A model generated the notes under the pieces. That model saw nothing but the letters and a program-made list of their open reading frames with translations, searched no databases and was not told the DNA's origin. This document shows positions 24,617 to 41,262 of a stretch of DNA of 64,000 bases, one piece after another (within the stretch, counting starts at the first letter, position 1; every line of letters starts with the position of its first letter). The stretch is taken from NCBI GenBank assembly GCA_023213395.1, contig CM041465.1:122023741-122087740 (forward strand), in the 5' to 3' direction. The DNA comes from Cycas panzhihuaensis (lineage: Eukaryota > Plantae > Cycadophyta). Both the position numbers and the translations under genes were made by a program.

Positions 24617-27600
24617 GGAAAACTCCAAGCTTATATTTGAATTTAATGAATTTTATTTTGCTAAGTGCCTTTACAAAGATATTAGCCACCTAATCCTCTA
24701 TGTTGTAATAGACTAATTTTAACTCTCTTTATTACACTAGCTCTTTGATGAAGTGATGTTGTGTTTCTATATGATTAGTCCTACCATGAAACATCATATT
24801 CCTAGTTATTAAATTATACTTTGATTGTCATAAAATAATTGTGTGGGACTAATCTATTTCTCTTGTAAATCTTGAAGTAATTTCCTAAGATAAACTATCT
24901 CACAAGCTCCTGCTACAACTTCCTTATACTTTGCTTCTATGGTAGAAATGAATACTGTTGCTTCTTTCTTGAAGCCCCATTCTACTACTATTTAACCCAA
25001 ACTTAATGCATAACCTAAAGTAGGCTTTTTATCATCAACATAATTTGATCAATATAAGACTTTATAATTAATCAACCTATAATCCCTAGATGACCTATAA
25101 TGTAGACCACACCTAATAGTTTCTTTAAGATACTGGAGAATCCTTTTAGCTACTTGCCAATGTTTAACCTTAAGCTCATGCATAGACTTAGAAACTACAC
25201 TTATTGCATACATAATATTTGGTTGAGTTAAAGTTACATAGATAAGACTCCTAATAAACTTCTTATAAACTATAGGATCAACTGATTCAAAATCCTCAAA
25301 TTTAGACTATTTCAACCTAACTTTTGTTGGTGTTACAAGTGGTTTATAACTACCCATGTTAAATTTATGGAGCATATTTAATATGTATTTTCTGTATGAC
25401 ACAAATATTTCTTTTTCATCCTGGCATACTTCAATTCTTAAGAAATATTATATAAGTCCCAAATTTACTATTTTAAACTCTTAGCACATATATTCCTTAA
25501 AATTTTGGGACAAATAGTTATAATTCCTAGTATATATTAGGTCATTTATATATAAGCCCATAATTAATATTGAGTTTTCCTCCAACTTTATATACAAGTA
25601 GAGGTCTAATTGGCTCCTTAAGAATCTATTATCCTTAAAGTATTTATTAATCCTAGAATGTTACAAATCAAAGAGAAGTAGTGTTGGGGTTAATTCTCAT
25701 CACCCCACTCCCACCATTTACACATATGAGTGCACACATGTGAAGGTAAGTAAGGTAAGGTTGAAGTTACTTTAGCTAAGCATTATTTTATTACATTTTA
25801 AATTTTAGAGGTTGAGGAGGTTTCTCTCCTCCCTCAAACTATATCTTTACTAGGGTGGCAAACCTTGGTGTCTTTTAACACCACCCTCTTTTAGAAAGTT
25901 GTATATGCTCTCAATAATGGATTAACTGTAATACTTTATTTATGCTCATGCAGTACAATGGCTTGATTATTTGATATATGCTCTGCTCTATCTCCATTCT
26001 TACAAACCTTCATTTGGTATCAGAGCTTAGATGCTAACTTATTGACCTTTATTTGGTATCAGAACTCACATTTTGGCTTGTTGAAGTCCTTCTTTTTGAG
26101 AGTAAGAAGATCCATTAGTTTCTGAAGCAGATTTACTTACAGTAAGCCAAATATTAGTTTTATTCATTTTTTATAAAGCTTATTAGTAGTTTTTTATATT
26201 ATTTTTCATTAATAATATGATTATTTCTGATTTATATTTGTAAAATAACCTATATTTTCATAGATGTGTGGAGGATCATAGCCATAATCAATAAAATATT
26301 CAAGATCTCATCATTTGATGAAGTTTCTATTAATAAGTTTTACATATTTTATTAAATATTAGGTTATTTTTTGTGTATTTGGTCTATTTACTCAATATTT
26401 TTTTAGATTTGTGCAATAATTACTGCATATTCAACCCAACAGGTTTTTTTAAGAAGTTATACTAAGATTTTGTTTGATATTTTATAAGATTTTATTGTCT
26501 ATTCATAATTTTTTAAAAGTTTAGTAAGGAGCTTATGCTTTTATAGGCTAGTGTAGTCTCTACAGTGAATGAAACCCTAGTAAATCACTAGTCATTTTGA
26601 AGCTCTCTAAGTCAGCTTCGTACTAGATTTGGCAGTTTTAATTATTGATGCTCTAACGAAGGGATCTCCCTCCTAGAATCTCAGTTTTTTTTTTTACAGT
26701 AAAACCCCACTGCCCCTTCTCTTATTTACTCATTTTTGCTTCTTTTTTCATCTATTTTTTTATGTGATAAGGGTGTAGGTCTGATACAAAATAGACCAAG
26801 TAAGTTTAGTCTAATTTTAAGCATTTCTTGGGCCATATGGTCTCCATAAAGGCGTATGATCTTCTTGGGATCCAAAGTTTTATTCTCTACTTATAAGTAT
26901 CTATTTGTCATGAAACTTGACAAGAATCTTACCATCAACTATATCGAGCTACTCCTCTAGTTTCATTAAATTTTGTTTCTCCATTGGTGAGATCTAACCT
27001 AATAAAGTTTTCCCTCCAAGTGCATCCTTCCGTTGACATATTTTTTCGACTTTTTATATAAAAATTATATTTTTTTGAAAGATTTTTTATTGATCTATCT
27101 CTGTAGACCCTTTACACCCATATTTGTCTAGTTTTTAAAGGTGTTTAATCATTTCTTAGATCAAAAAAATATTTTTTCATTTTACATTTATTTTTCAAGT
27201 TTATTTTTTTGGGCGACTTGATACCCTTGATTCGGCAAGCTTGTGTAGTAAATGTAGTGCTTGAAATCCCTACAAGTGACTACTCATTCTGATCCTTGTT
27301 GAGCCAGTGATCTAGTGGTAGAAAATATTCGTGATTTCATTGACCGTATAGTGAGATATTTAGTTTTGATCAACTATTACTCCATTTGGCTCCCATTTGC
27401 TCTACAAGCTCGTTCTCAATGCATAAGCAACGGATTAGCCTAAAAATTTACCAACCCCTTACTACTTAAGACACCTTACTTCCTATCAAATATCATCTCA
27501 TTTTATGGCTTGCAGAGAGAGATCCAGCCTCTAAAGTGATTCAACCTTTGTTTCTCAAGTTTTTCTTCAATTTCTCATTATTTTCCTTGAATTATTTTTT

Positions 27601-28893
27601 CTTTTTTTGTAAAATTAGAGTTTCCCTATTTAGGCATCCCCTATGTACATACCTTAGCTTAAAACTACAGTTTAAACAAGCATTTTTTATCTCTTTGGCT
27701 GTCGTCCATATTCAGCATTTGACACCCTACATTACTTTATTTTTTTATAAAGTTTATGATTAATTAAATTTTATTATATAAACTTTCAAATCTATGTATT
27801 AAGCTCATAGCCCCCTCATGGTGTTAGCCCCTAGTCATATTAGTCTATATGACTTTAGTTTGTTTGTTAAAGGGGCCCAACTTCAAGTTTATAAATTTTC
27901 CTTTTTATTTATTTTTTTAATTTTTTCTTAATACATAGGATGTTTGGCTCTTTTTTATAATATCTTTTTATTGGGATATCCGTTTTTGATAAAACCTATC
28001 TCATTGCATCTAAAATTTTGTGGGCTATAGTTTCAAGTGGTTATTTGCTACCTTTGGAGCCGATTTGACCTAATTTTAATGAGTTAAATTCAATTATTTT
28101 TTCTCAAAGCTTTTTTTTTGAGTTATTAACATAAAAAGTACCTTTTATTTTTTTTATTATAACTTTTCTATTTAATATCATATTTTAGATTCATTAGTTT
28201 TGTTGGGAAGTTGACTCATTTCTCTTCGAACTAACATATTTATTTATAAGTTTTGAAGTTTTCTTGCAGACTTTCAAAGTAGACAAAGTTGATGTACATA
28301 AAATCTCCTAGCTTATCATTATTGTACATTTTTATATATTATTTCTCAAGTTTATTAACTTAAAGCATATTAAGTAGCTCTTTAATTTATATTTGATCAT
28401 TTTACATTGTTTTATAAGTTTTTACTAGTATTTCATGCGAGCCCCTAGCTCTCGTTAAGCCCTAAAAAGAGGTCATTTCACTTTAGTATTAAAATCTTGA
28501 GTTGTAGGAACCCATTTTCCAAATGGTCAAATCTGTTGGATAGATATTTTATTACTCTTTAATTTGGTATAATCTCATCTTAATCTAATATTTTTTAGTG
28601 TAACTTTAAAGCTAATCAACTTGAGCATCTTATTTATCACAATAGACTTGTCCTCTTAACCCTTTAAGGAGCTCTTTCTTATAACTAAGTTTAATTTATC
28701 TTACTAATTATTCATGATACATGATTAAAGCTTTTATTTGGCTTTTATATAGTTTCTTCTAAGCTGATTTGTAGTAGAAGATCGACCACATACATATAAA
28801 GTGATCGACAAGCTAAATGGTCCTATATACTAAAACAAGTACAATTCTCTATTTAGGAAGTTTCTTCATCACATTGTTTCATCTTTCTAAAGA

Positions 28894-29673
<780 letters not shown>

Positions 29674-29964
29674 TTTCCTACCTCATATATCGTCATTATG
29701 GTTAAAAGAAATAATTAATCATCTTACATGGAAAACTTTGGTCATTTTCTTGCTTAAGTTAGTGTTTATTTATTTGAAATATCAAAGGCTTAGAATTTTT
29801 TATTTTTCTTCATCATCAAGAAGTTTTATTTTAGATCTATATATTTAAAGATCTTAGTTACTTTGCAAGTTTGCTTATATAATCATTCTATTTCAAATTG
29901 TATTTGAAATTATACATTATAAATTTATTGATTTATTAAGTTTTTTATTTTTTCTAAAGGCATA

Positions 29965-30130
29965 CACTTGAAAAGTTTATACACTTATTGAAAGTATTCT
30001 TCATTCATCATTATTGAAATATTCATACACGTGTTGAAAATATTCTTTATTCTTCATTATTGAAAAGTTCATCATTTATTGAAACCATTATTCCTTCATC
30101 ATTGTTGAGAAGTTCATACACTTGTTGCAC
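29965..30130. repeat. ~47-bp degenerate tandem repeat (about 3.5 units) in element C
   Basis: Recurring ttcatcatt(a/g)ttga(a/g)a..ttcatacac..ttg. Confidence 0.65.
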
Positions 30131-30376
30131 TTGTAAAAGGAACATCTAGTTAGTAGTACACTTTATTTTTCAAAGGAACATTTCATTTTCTAAAGGCATT
30201 ATATCCTTTTCTTAGAAATTATTGGCAAGACCACATCATTATTAACTTATTGACATTGGCTTGTATTCTTTTTGGAATATCTTTATCATCTACTTGCATT
30301 AGTATTGAACTTATTTGAGGATTTGTCTACTTGAAAAGCATATTCTTTTCGATTAAGTATTAAAGTTTACTATAAA

Positions 30377-30650
30377 ATAGCAACGAATCTAAATCAAATA
30401 CAATTCCTTATATTTGATGGCCATGATTTTTGACAATGGTGTAAAATAATACAAACTTACTTTATCACAAATGATCTTTGGAGATATCTACAAGATGGAT
30501 ATGAACTTAATACTAAAGAAGACATAAAAGAAAGACAATGAAGCCTTAACTATATTATTTTGCACTATAGATGAAAATGTTTTTTCTAAAGTTTGTGAAA
30601 TGATGACATCTAAAATAGTATAGGACATCTTAGATACTATTTATGGGGGA
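30377..30650 (+). pseudogene. Copia gag N-terminal remnant in element C
   Basis: ATNLNQIQFLIFDGHDF*QWCKIIQTYFITNDLWRYLQDGYE..DNEALTI/..IDENVFSKV. Confidence 0.75.
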
Positions 30651-31574
30651 GAAACCCTCAATATTAATGAATTTAACTTTGATATTTTTAAGCATGTAAG
30701 ACAGATGTCAGAGTAGGTTGTTTATGATGAAAAATCTAAGAAAGAAGATTCAAGTCAAATGAATGATCACCTTATTGTCCATGAAGATGATCCTTCATTT
30801 GAGGGGGAGAAACCTTATGAGAAACACTTGGACATGATTATTACTCATAAAATAAATATTTCAAATAATAAAGTTAAATATGCACCCATTCATCCTCATT
30901 TGAATCAAGCTACACATACTTGGATATTATTTGAACCATTCAATATTAAAGAAACATATATTATTGAAAGGATGAGGTGTGTTCATGATGATAAAGCTGA
31001 AGGATAAATATTTAAAGTTTTTTTAAAGTTTAAGTACTACAAGTTTAAAGAAAAATGAAGATATTTGTGATGACCATTAAGAGGGAGAATGTTAGGATTA
31101 ATGCTCATCATCCCACTCCTACCACTTACACATGTGAATGCACACATGTAAAGGTAAGTAAGGTAAGGTTAAAGTTACTTTAGTTAAGAATTATTTTATT
31201 ATATTTTAAATTTTAGAGGTTGAGGAGGTTTCTCTCCTCCCTCAAACTATATCTTTACTGGGGTGACAAACCCTAGTGTCTTTTGATACCACCCTCATTT
31301 AGAAAGTTGTATATGCTCTCAATAATGGATTAACTGTAATACTTTGTTTATGCTCCACTTTGTCTCCATTCTTACAAACCTTCAAGTAGAAGAATTACTA
31401 ATGATTTATTATGAGAGATAAACTCTATATATTTATAGTGACATGTTGTAATCATTATGTGTCTGAGTGATATGTGGCAAACACTTGTTCTATGATACAT
31501 AAAGAGGGGTTTTACATAACCCTCACTTACACATTCCTAGATGAGACATTATATTCTAATGTCATCTCTTAATG

Positions 31575-34500
31575 TTTCAACCTTTTAATCCTATTTTATC
31601 TCTAAGAATTAGGAACTTGTCTTTATTAAGAGGCTTTGTTAAAATATCTATAATCTATTCATTTATTGAATAATATGTTAAATCAATTTCTTTGTTCTAC
31701 ACATTTTCTCTTATAAAGTGGTGATGCACTTCAATGTGCTTTATTCGAGCATAAAGAACTGGATTCTTGGTAAGTTTAATGACACTTTGATTATTATAAA
31801 ATAGGGTGCTTGAGTCTTTTTGTTGTTGATCTAAGTCCTATAGTAGTTGTCTAAGTTAAACTACTTCATAAGATGCACTGACTCTTGACTTGTATTCAGC
31901 TTTTGTAGATGATAGAGTAACTATAGATTATCTTTTGCTACTCCAAGAGATAGTTATTGATCCAAAGAAGATACAATAACCACTTGTTGATCTTCTTTTT
32001 TGTCTATCTCTAGCCTAGTCTAAGTCACAGTGTCTAATTAGTTTACTTGTTCTTAGTTTTGGATATGTTAGTATTAGATCAATTGTTCCTTTTAAGTATT
32101 TGAGTATTCTTTTTGTTGATTTCTAATGTCTCACCTTTCGATCTTGTATATATCTTAAAACTAGACTTACTGAATATGAGATGTTAGATCTAATTGCAAT
32201 GAGATATCAGGCTACTTATTAGTTGCTTATACAATATTCTATTGACTGTAAATTCACCTTCATCTAGAGTGAGATCACAACCTACTTCTATAGAATTGAT
32301 GTAATTATTACTTTCTTCTATCTTGAATTTTAATAATAAATTTTTAATGCACCTACTCTGGGACAAGGAAATTGAATCTTCCTTTTGACCAACCTCTATC
32401 CCTAGATAGTAGTTTAACAGCCCTAGATTTGTCATCTCAAAGCCCTTTTTCAACTGAGTCTCTATATTTGCTATTGACTTAGTATCGTTACCTATGAGAA
32501 TTATATCATCTACATAAACTATAATGATAGTGATTAGTCATTATCATTTTTAAGTATATATACTGGAGTCAGAGTTACACCTACAAAATCCATTTTAAAA
32601 AAGATATTTATCTAACTTTATATACCAGGCCCCTAGGGCTTATTTTAGCCCATGCAATGTCCTTTTTAACCTACAAATAAGATTTTCTTTCCCATTCTAG
32701 ACAAATCTTTCAAGTTATCTCATGTAGACTTCCTCCTCACATTAACCATTTCGGGAGGTACTTTTTACATCCAATCGGTAAATTTTCTAATTGTTCTAAG
32801 CTGTCAGGGCTATTACTGCTCTTACAATGTCCAATTTAGCTACTAGTGAGAATGTCTTCTCATAGTTTATTCTAATAGTCTAAGTGTATCCTTTAGCTAC
32901 TGAACTAGCCTTATATTTACTTATTTTTCCATCAACATCTTCTTTTAGTTTAAATACCCACTTATAATTAACCATTGATTTTCTTATGGGTAAATTTACC
33001 AGTTCCTAGGTCTAATTTTTAGAGATTGATTCCATATCTTCATTCATTATAGCTTCCCATTCCTTGTGTCCCTTTGCCTCTTCAAATGATTGTGGTTTTG
33101 TGTTAGTGAGCAGTGCTTGATGTCTTTGACTTCTCATCTTGTGTGTATACATCTTCCTTGCCTCCCTCACTAGTCTTAAGATACCATTTTAGTATCATTT
33201 TTTCCTTCTTATTTTCTTCTTCTTCAATGATTGTATCTATGGAAGGTAATCCTTCTTCTCTAATAATAGAGATTTCATTAGATTATGATGCCCTCTTTGA
33301 ACCATTTATCTCCTTATCTTTTGAGATGATTCTAAAGACTTCTTTTGTAAGAGATTCTATATGTAAAATTTTCTTGGGTGCTTCTTCAACTATTTGTTGA
33401 ACTAAGATGTCCCTTATGAGATCAACTTTATTTAAAACAACATCCCTACTTATATAGACCTTATTTATTTTAGGTTCTATTCATTTATAGGCTTCTGAAT
33501 TTTTACTATTGCCTACCATTATGTATTTGATGCTTTTAGAGTCTAATTTTACTCTCTTTTTATCTGGTATATGGATAAAAGCTTGATGTCCAAAGACTCT
33601 TAGATTACTCACGTGGTTTGGTTTTGGTCTAGGCTTCTTCTGGTGTAATTTGTTCTAGGACCTTTGTAGGACTTCTATTTACAAGATAACCAACTATATA
33701 GGTTGCTTTAGCCTAGTAAATTCTTGAGATCTGGCTTTCTTCAATCATGCTATGAGCCATCTCCATGATTATTTTGTTCATTTATTTGGTAACTTTATTA
33801 TACTATGGTGTGTATAGAGTTGTGAATTATCTATGTATTCTATGTATCTTGCAGAAATTTAAAAAAATCTTTTGAGATGTATTCACCTCCACCATCTATT
33901 CTAACATATTTTATTTTGGCTCTAGATTCCAGTTTGACTTCTGCTTTAAATTCTTTAAAATTTTTAAAAACCTCAAACTTACTATAAGGAAAATAAATCT
34001 AGGTTTTTCTATAAAAATCATCAATGAATGCTAGAAAATACCTAGTGCTATTAATTAAGTGGGGTGAAACAGGTATGCATAAATTAGTATACACCAATTC
34101 TAGCTTACTTCGAGCTCATCATTCATTTAATTTAAAAGGAAAACAATGTTGTTTCCCAAGCATTCAACTTTTACAAATAAGATGCCAAAATGAAATATTT
34201 GGAAGGCCATTAATCAGTTTGAATTTTTGCAATTATATTCACCTATCTGATGAGATATGCCCATACTTTAAATGCCATAATTTATTATTATTAACATTGG
34301 TTGTAGTACATACCTTTACATTGACAGTCACAAGGTTAGAAAGTAACCTATATAGGTTATTACTTTCTATACCTTTTACAATTATAACTCCACCATTTTT
34401 CATGTCTAAAATATGATAATATCCATCTCGATCAAGCATAGTCCTCAACTTTTTCTTTTTTAGCTAAGAATCAGAAAGGAGATTCTTTTTTAAGTTAGGA

Positions 34501-35678
34501 ATAAAGAACACATTTTCAAATTTTTGTATACCTCCTTTTATTTTAATTGCTATAGTGTTGACCCCTTTAATACTAAGAGGATATTTATCCTCTAACTCAA
34601 TAGACTTGTTTGAAGTATAAGGTTTTAGTAATTCAAACCAGTCCTCTCATCCAATCATGTGTCTTGATGCTCCAAAATTAATGTACCATACCTCCTCATC
34701 TTTGAGACTTGCAATGAGTATAGCAATGAAGGTAGTTTCTTCTTCATCTTTGTCATCCTACTCTTTACTATAGTTTCTTATAGGGTATTTTTCTTTTTGA
34801 ATTTTAACTCTTTTCTATGGATATTGATATGGATAATGCTCGATTTATTTATAGTGGTAATAAACATCAAAGGCTTTATAATTGTTGGAAAATAACCTTG
34901 GTTTATCATAATTAGAGCATACTATGGCTTCTCTAGGAGGAATGTTGCATCCTCATCTTTGGTTGTATTACCATCACTTGCAAGGCAAGCTTTTGGTATT
35001 TGGAGCCCTAGCATGACCATGAAATTGTCCCCTTCCTCTCGGTTCTAACTAAAATTTGGTGACAAAGGCATCCTCTATCTTCTTTGTATCTTCATATTGC
35101 TTGTTTCTTTGCTCATGTCTCAACAACAATCCTATCATTGTATCGAGAGTCAGTCTATTAATTTAATTATTATTAGTAATTATGTTGATTATAACATCAA
35201 ATAATTTTAGGAGATTGCTTGCTATCATTTTGACAATCTCTTATTCTTCTATTTTTGCTCTTATACTTAACAAATCATTTTTTATTGAAATAACTTTATG
35301 AAGAAACTCTAAAATTATTTTAATTGTTTTCATGTGTAACTTAAATAAATATTATTTCAAGGCTATGATCTGAGTCTTATTTTTCTATCCATATATATTT
35401 TTAAATATATTTCAAACTTTTGAGGATGAGTTTAGATTTTCAACATAAATAAGAATTGAATCTAAACTGGAGAGTTTTAATGTAATTAATCCTACATTAT
35501 CTCTCTCTTCCCAGTTAAGTAAGTTAATGTTATCATCATTAGGTTTTATTCCTAAACCCGCGGCTATCTTCTATGCATTTTTGGCTCTTAACAATGTTTC
35601 TACTTTAATCTTCCATATATGATAATTAGAATCTGTAAGTTTATCCTAATCAAACAAAGCTAAGACATTGGAGGCCAT
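31575..35678 (-). pseudogene. Element B copia gag-pol remnant
   Basis: gag MASNVLALFD*DKLTDSNYHIWKIKV at 35678; WYINFGASRHM protease; LWHLKYGH pre-integrase; YVDD; FEMTNLGLLNYYLGIEV; SSKR*SIVTLSSTKAEY; KHIEVHHHFIRE. Confidence 0.88.
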
Positions 35679-36414
35679 TCTAAATGTTAAGATTAAGGTC
35701 TAAAACTAGAGACAGTGTTTAGACATACAATTGTATGGATTTCTGTATGGAGATAAGAGTATATGGACTGGTAAGAAATGTACCTTGAATCAAAGTTCTT
35801 CATGAGAGGATTTTAGATCTGTAACTATTGTTTGGAGATGGTTTTCTATTAGGAAGAAAGCTAGCTTGAAAACTTTAAATGAGTGGTTAGATTTTTTAGA
35901 AAAAAACCTTTTAAATCATTAAAATCTTCAATAATATTTAATGAAATTAGATTCAATCTCTTTATAATATAGAATCAAATAGATTATGAGTGATTTTACT
36001 TAGAATCTAGAGAAAGTTGTGAAGAATTCTAAGATTAGACTTTATGTCAGTTGAAAGAATTATTATTCGTACTAAGATCTACCTTCTGGTTAGGTTTCAT
36101 TAAATTTTAAACACTTTATTTTTTTCATGTCTGTATGGGTTTGTACTGATCTATATAATTCCATACAGAATTGAATTTTGTATCCTTCTTAATCCTCTAG
36201 AGAAATCTAATCTTGTTCTTCTCCTTCTTGATCTTCTGAAGAAATTTGATCATGTTCTTCTTCTTGTATTACCTCTAGCCTTTGAGTTCTATTTCAAAAT
36301 GACTCATATAAACTATAAATTCTTCTTATCAGACAAATAGGCTAAATTACTCTAATACCATATTGTAAATTAGAGAGAAGTAGAAGAATTACTGATGATT
36401 TATTATGAGAGATC

Positions 36415-38053
<1,639 letters not shown>

Positions 38054-38176
38054 CGACGTATTATAACCATCATATGTCTAAGTATCATGTGGCAGATACT
38101 TGTCCTATGATACATAAATAGGGGTTTTACATGACACTTACTTATATATTCTTAGATGAAACATTATATTCTAACA

Positions 38177-41100
38177 TAGGGTACCATACTCTAGGTGCTT
38201 ATTTGAGTCAATATAAGACCTTTCTAAGTTTATAGACCTTGTCTTCCTTTCCTTTCACTTAAAATCCTTAGATTATTAGATATATATATATCCACATGAA
38301 TATATCTATTTAAGAAGACACTCTTTACATCCATCTGATAGGTTGTTTAACCTTATTATTCAACTAAGGCCATAACTAATCTAACTATTTCCAACCTTGT
38401 AATTGGTATAAATGTTTCATTATAAACTATGCCTTTAATTTAAACATAGCCCTTTATAACTAATCGTGCTTTATATTTATCAATGGAGCCATTTGACTTA
38501 TATTTAGTCTTGTAAATTGATTTTATCCTAATGGCATTCTTTCTTGGTGGTAAATCAACTAACTCTTAAGTATCAATTTTTACTAAGTTATTATATTCTT
38601 CCTTTATTGTATATTTCTATTCATTATACCTATTTATCTCTTTAAAAAATTGAGGCATATTTAACTCCATGAATTGAGTCATTAATACAAAGTTCACCCT
38701 TTGAGATCTTGTTATTCTTCTCTTAAAGTTTGTATCTAAAATATTTTGAGGGTTATGACCCCTTTGCATCCATTTTAGAACTCTTTTATTTAAAGTAGAT
38801 GGACTTGCTCCACTTGTATTATGTATATTTGTACCACTTGAATTAGATTCTATGACAATCATAATGCTTTTTCCTTTGTCAAAAGTATTCTCTTGACAAA
38901 ATTTATCTTCATTGAAGATGATATCCTTACTCATGATGAATCTTTTACCCTAAGGGCCATATAATTTCTAGGATCTTTATATATCACTATATCTTATAAA
39001 TATGTACTTAGTGATTTTGTCATTTAACTTTGTCCTTCTTTGTTTTAGAATATGTTCATATGCTATGCACCCAAAAACTCTTAAGTGTTTGATACTTGGC
39101 TTATGACTTGTCTAAGCCTCTTTAAGTGTGACCCATCTCACTGCCTTTATTATGAATTTGTTCAAAAAATAAATACCTATATACATACCTTTTACCTAAT
39201 ACTCATTATAAAGATATTTATCCTTAAGCATGCTCTTAACCATCTCAACAATGGTCTTGTTTTTCTTTTTTACTACCCTATTTTGTTAAGGGTTATAGGG
39301 ATTAGTAAGATGTCTTATAGTACCTATAATAATCCTTAAATTTATTTGAAATAAATTATCTCTCATTATTTAACCTAAGGGTCAATATTTTATACCTACT
39401 TTGTTTTTCAATCATTACTTTAAAGTCAATAAAATATTGAAGCATATCTAATTTGAACTTCAAAAAAATAAACCTAAATCATTATAGTAAAGTCATTAGT
39501 AAAAGTAATGAAGTACTTAGCTCTTTAAGATGAAGGTACATCCATTAGTTCATATAGATCTATGTATATCAATTGAAGAGGTCCATTTACCCTATAACTA
39601 TTATTAGAGAATCTATCCTTTTGTTATTTGCCTAGTATACAAGCTTCATATATTTCTTTACCATATTCAATGCTATATAAAACAACCACTATTTTTATCA
39701 TTTTCATTAATGTTAAACTATTGTAGTTTATATAGATAAATCTTTTATACAAAGTCTCACTATCTATTTTAGTTAATGACTTCAAGGCATAATAGTTAGT
39801 TGGGGGTATGATTAACTTAAATAATCTATCACTAGTGATTGACCCTTAGCAACTATTATCGTATTTCTCTAATTATCCTTAATGGTGTTCTCACCATTAT
39901 CAAAGATATCTTAATACTTTTACTCTATCATTTGTTTAACTAATAGAAAGTTTCTTTTTAGTATAGGTACATGAAGTACATCATTGTTACACCTAGTCTC
40001 TCCAAAATCTATTTGGATAGCTACATTTCTTTTACCTATTACAACTTGAGTAGTATTATCCCAAATATAATTTTATGTTTTTAAATATTGCCTAACTCTT
40101 TAAATGAAATTTTCCTATATGTCATATAAGTAGAGCAATCTGAATTAATGTACCAACTATTCTTCTCTTCATTAACCATAAGACTTCATAATAAAAGTCT
40201 CTTATTCTCCCTTGGTTCTTCAACTACTATATTTTCTACTTCTCTTTATATATTGGATGTCTTTATAAAATAATTAATTTCTAAACATCCATTTTTATAA
40301 CAATAGGAACATTATATTGTTATTTATCCTCTACCTCTAGGACTCTTTACTCTTTGATCTTGATTCCTTCCCCTTGGACTTTATCCTCTACCTCTTTATT
40401 AAGGTCCAAAACCTTAATTAAATTAGCCTTGATAGAATTATCTGTCCTTAATCTTATCCTTGATGAAATTAACCTTAACCTTGATAGAATTATCCTTGAC
40501 CTTAACCTTGATAAACTTGATATTATCTTTGGTGTAATTACCCTTGGTTTATAAAGTTTTTTCCTCTTCCTCTAAGAGTTTGACCTATTTCTCTATAACT
40601 TTAACCTTTAGAATGATGTAATCTTTAGTTTATGGCAAACACATATTCCAAAAACTCATTACCACCTTTCTTTTCTTTAACTTCTAATAACATAACACTA
40701 ACTTAATCAATATTGAGTGTTGTAAGGTCTTTACAGACCTAAATGCTTGTAGTTACTATTTCAAATTTCTTGATGTTATTGACACACCTTAGAATTTTTT
40801 CTACCACCCTTTATTCATTAATAATTTCTTCTAAGGCCCTCATTTGATTAATTAGGTCTTGTACCTTGGTTATAAAGTCATTAATCCCCTCATTATTATT
40901 CGTCCTATAATTTTTTAATTTGTTACTTAGCGTTTGAAGTTTTAATACAATGAATCCTTTATAGGTGGTCTTCAAAGTATTCCATACCTCGTTTGATATA
41001 ATTACCTCACTAACTCTTAGGAAGATGTGGTCCTCTAATGTATAGAAAATAAATGCCAAGGCTTTATTGTCTGTTTTTTTATTCTCCTTAAAGGTCTTCT

Positions 41101-41262
41101 TTTCATCTACAATAATGTTAGAATCAAGTGTATCATATCAATTTTGAATTAAATCCCATATGTATTTTGATATAAAAATAGTTTTCATCTAATGACTTAA
41201 AAATCTAAGAAATTTGTACTATCAAACATAGACACTATTATATTGCTTATACTTGAAGCCAT
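38177..41262 (-). pseudogene. A2 copia gag-PR-INT-RT remnant (continues at 24620-25658)
   Basis: ORF fragments 40811-41059 and 38617-38934; colinear with A1 7160-10278. Confidence 0.85.
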
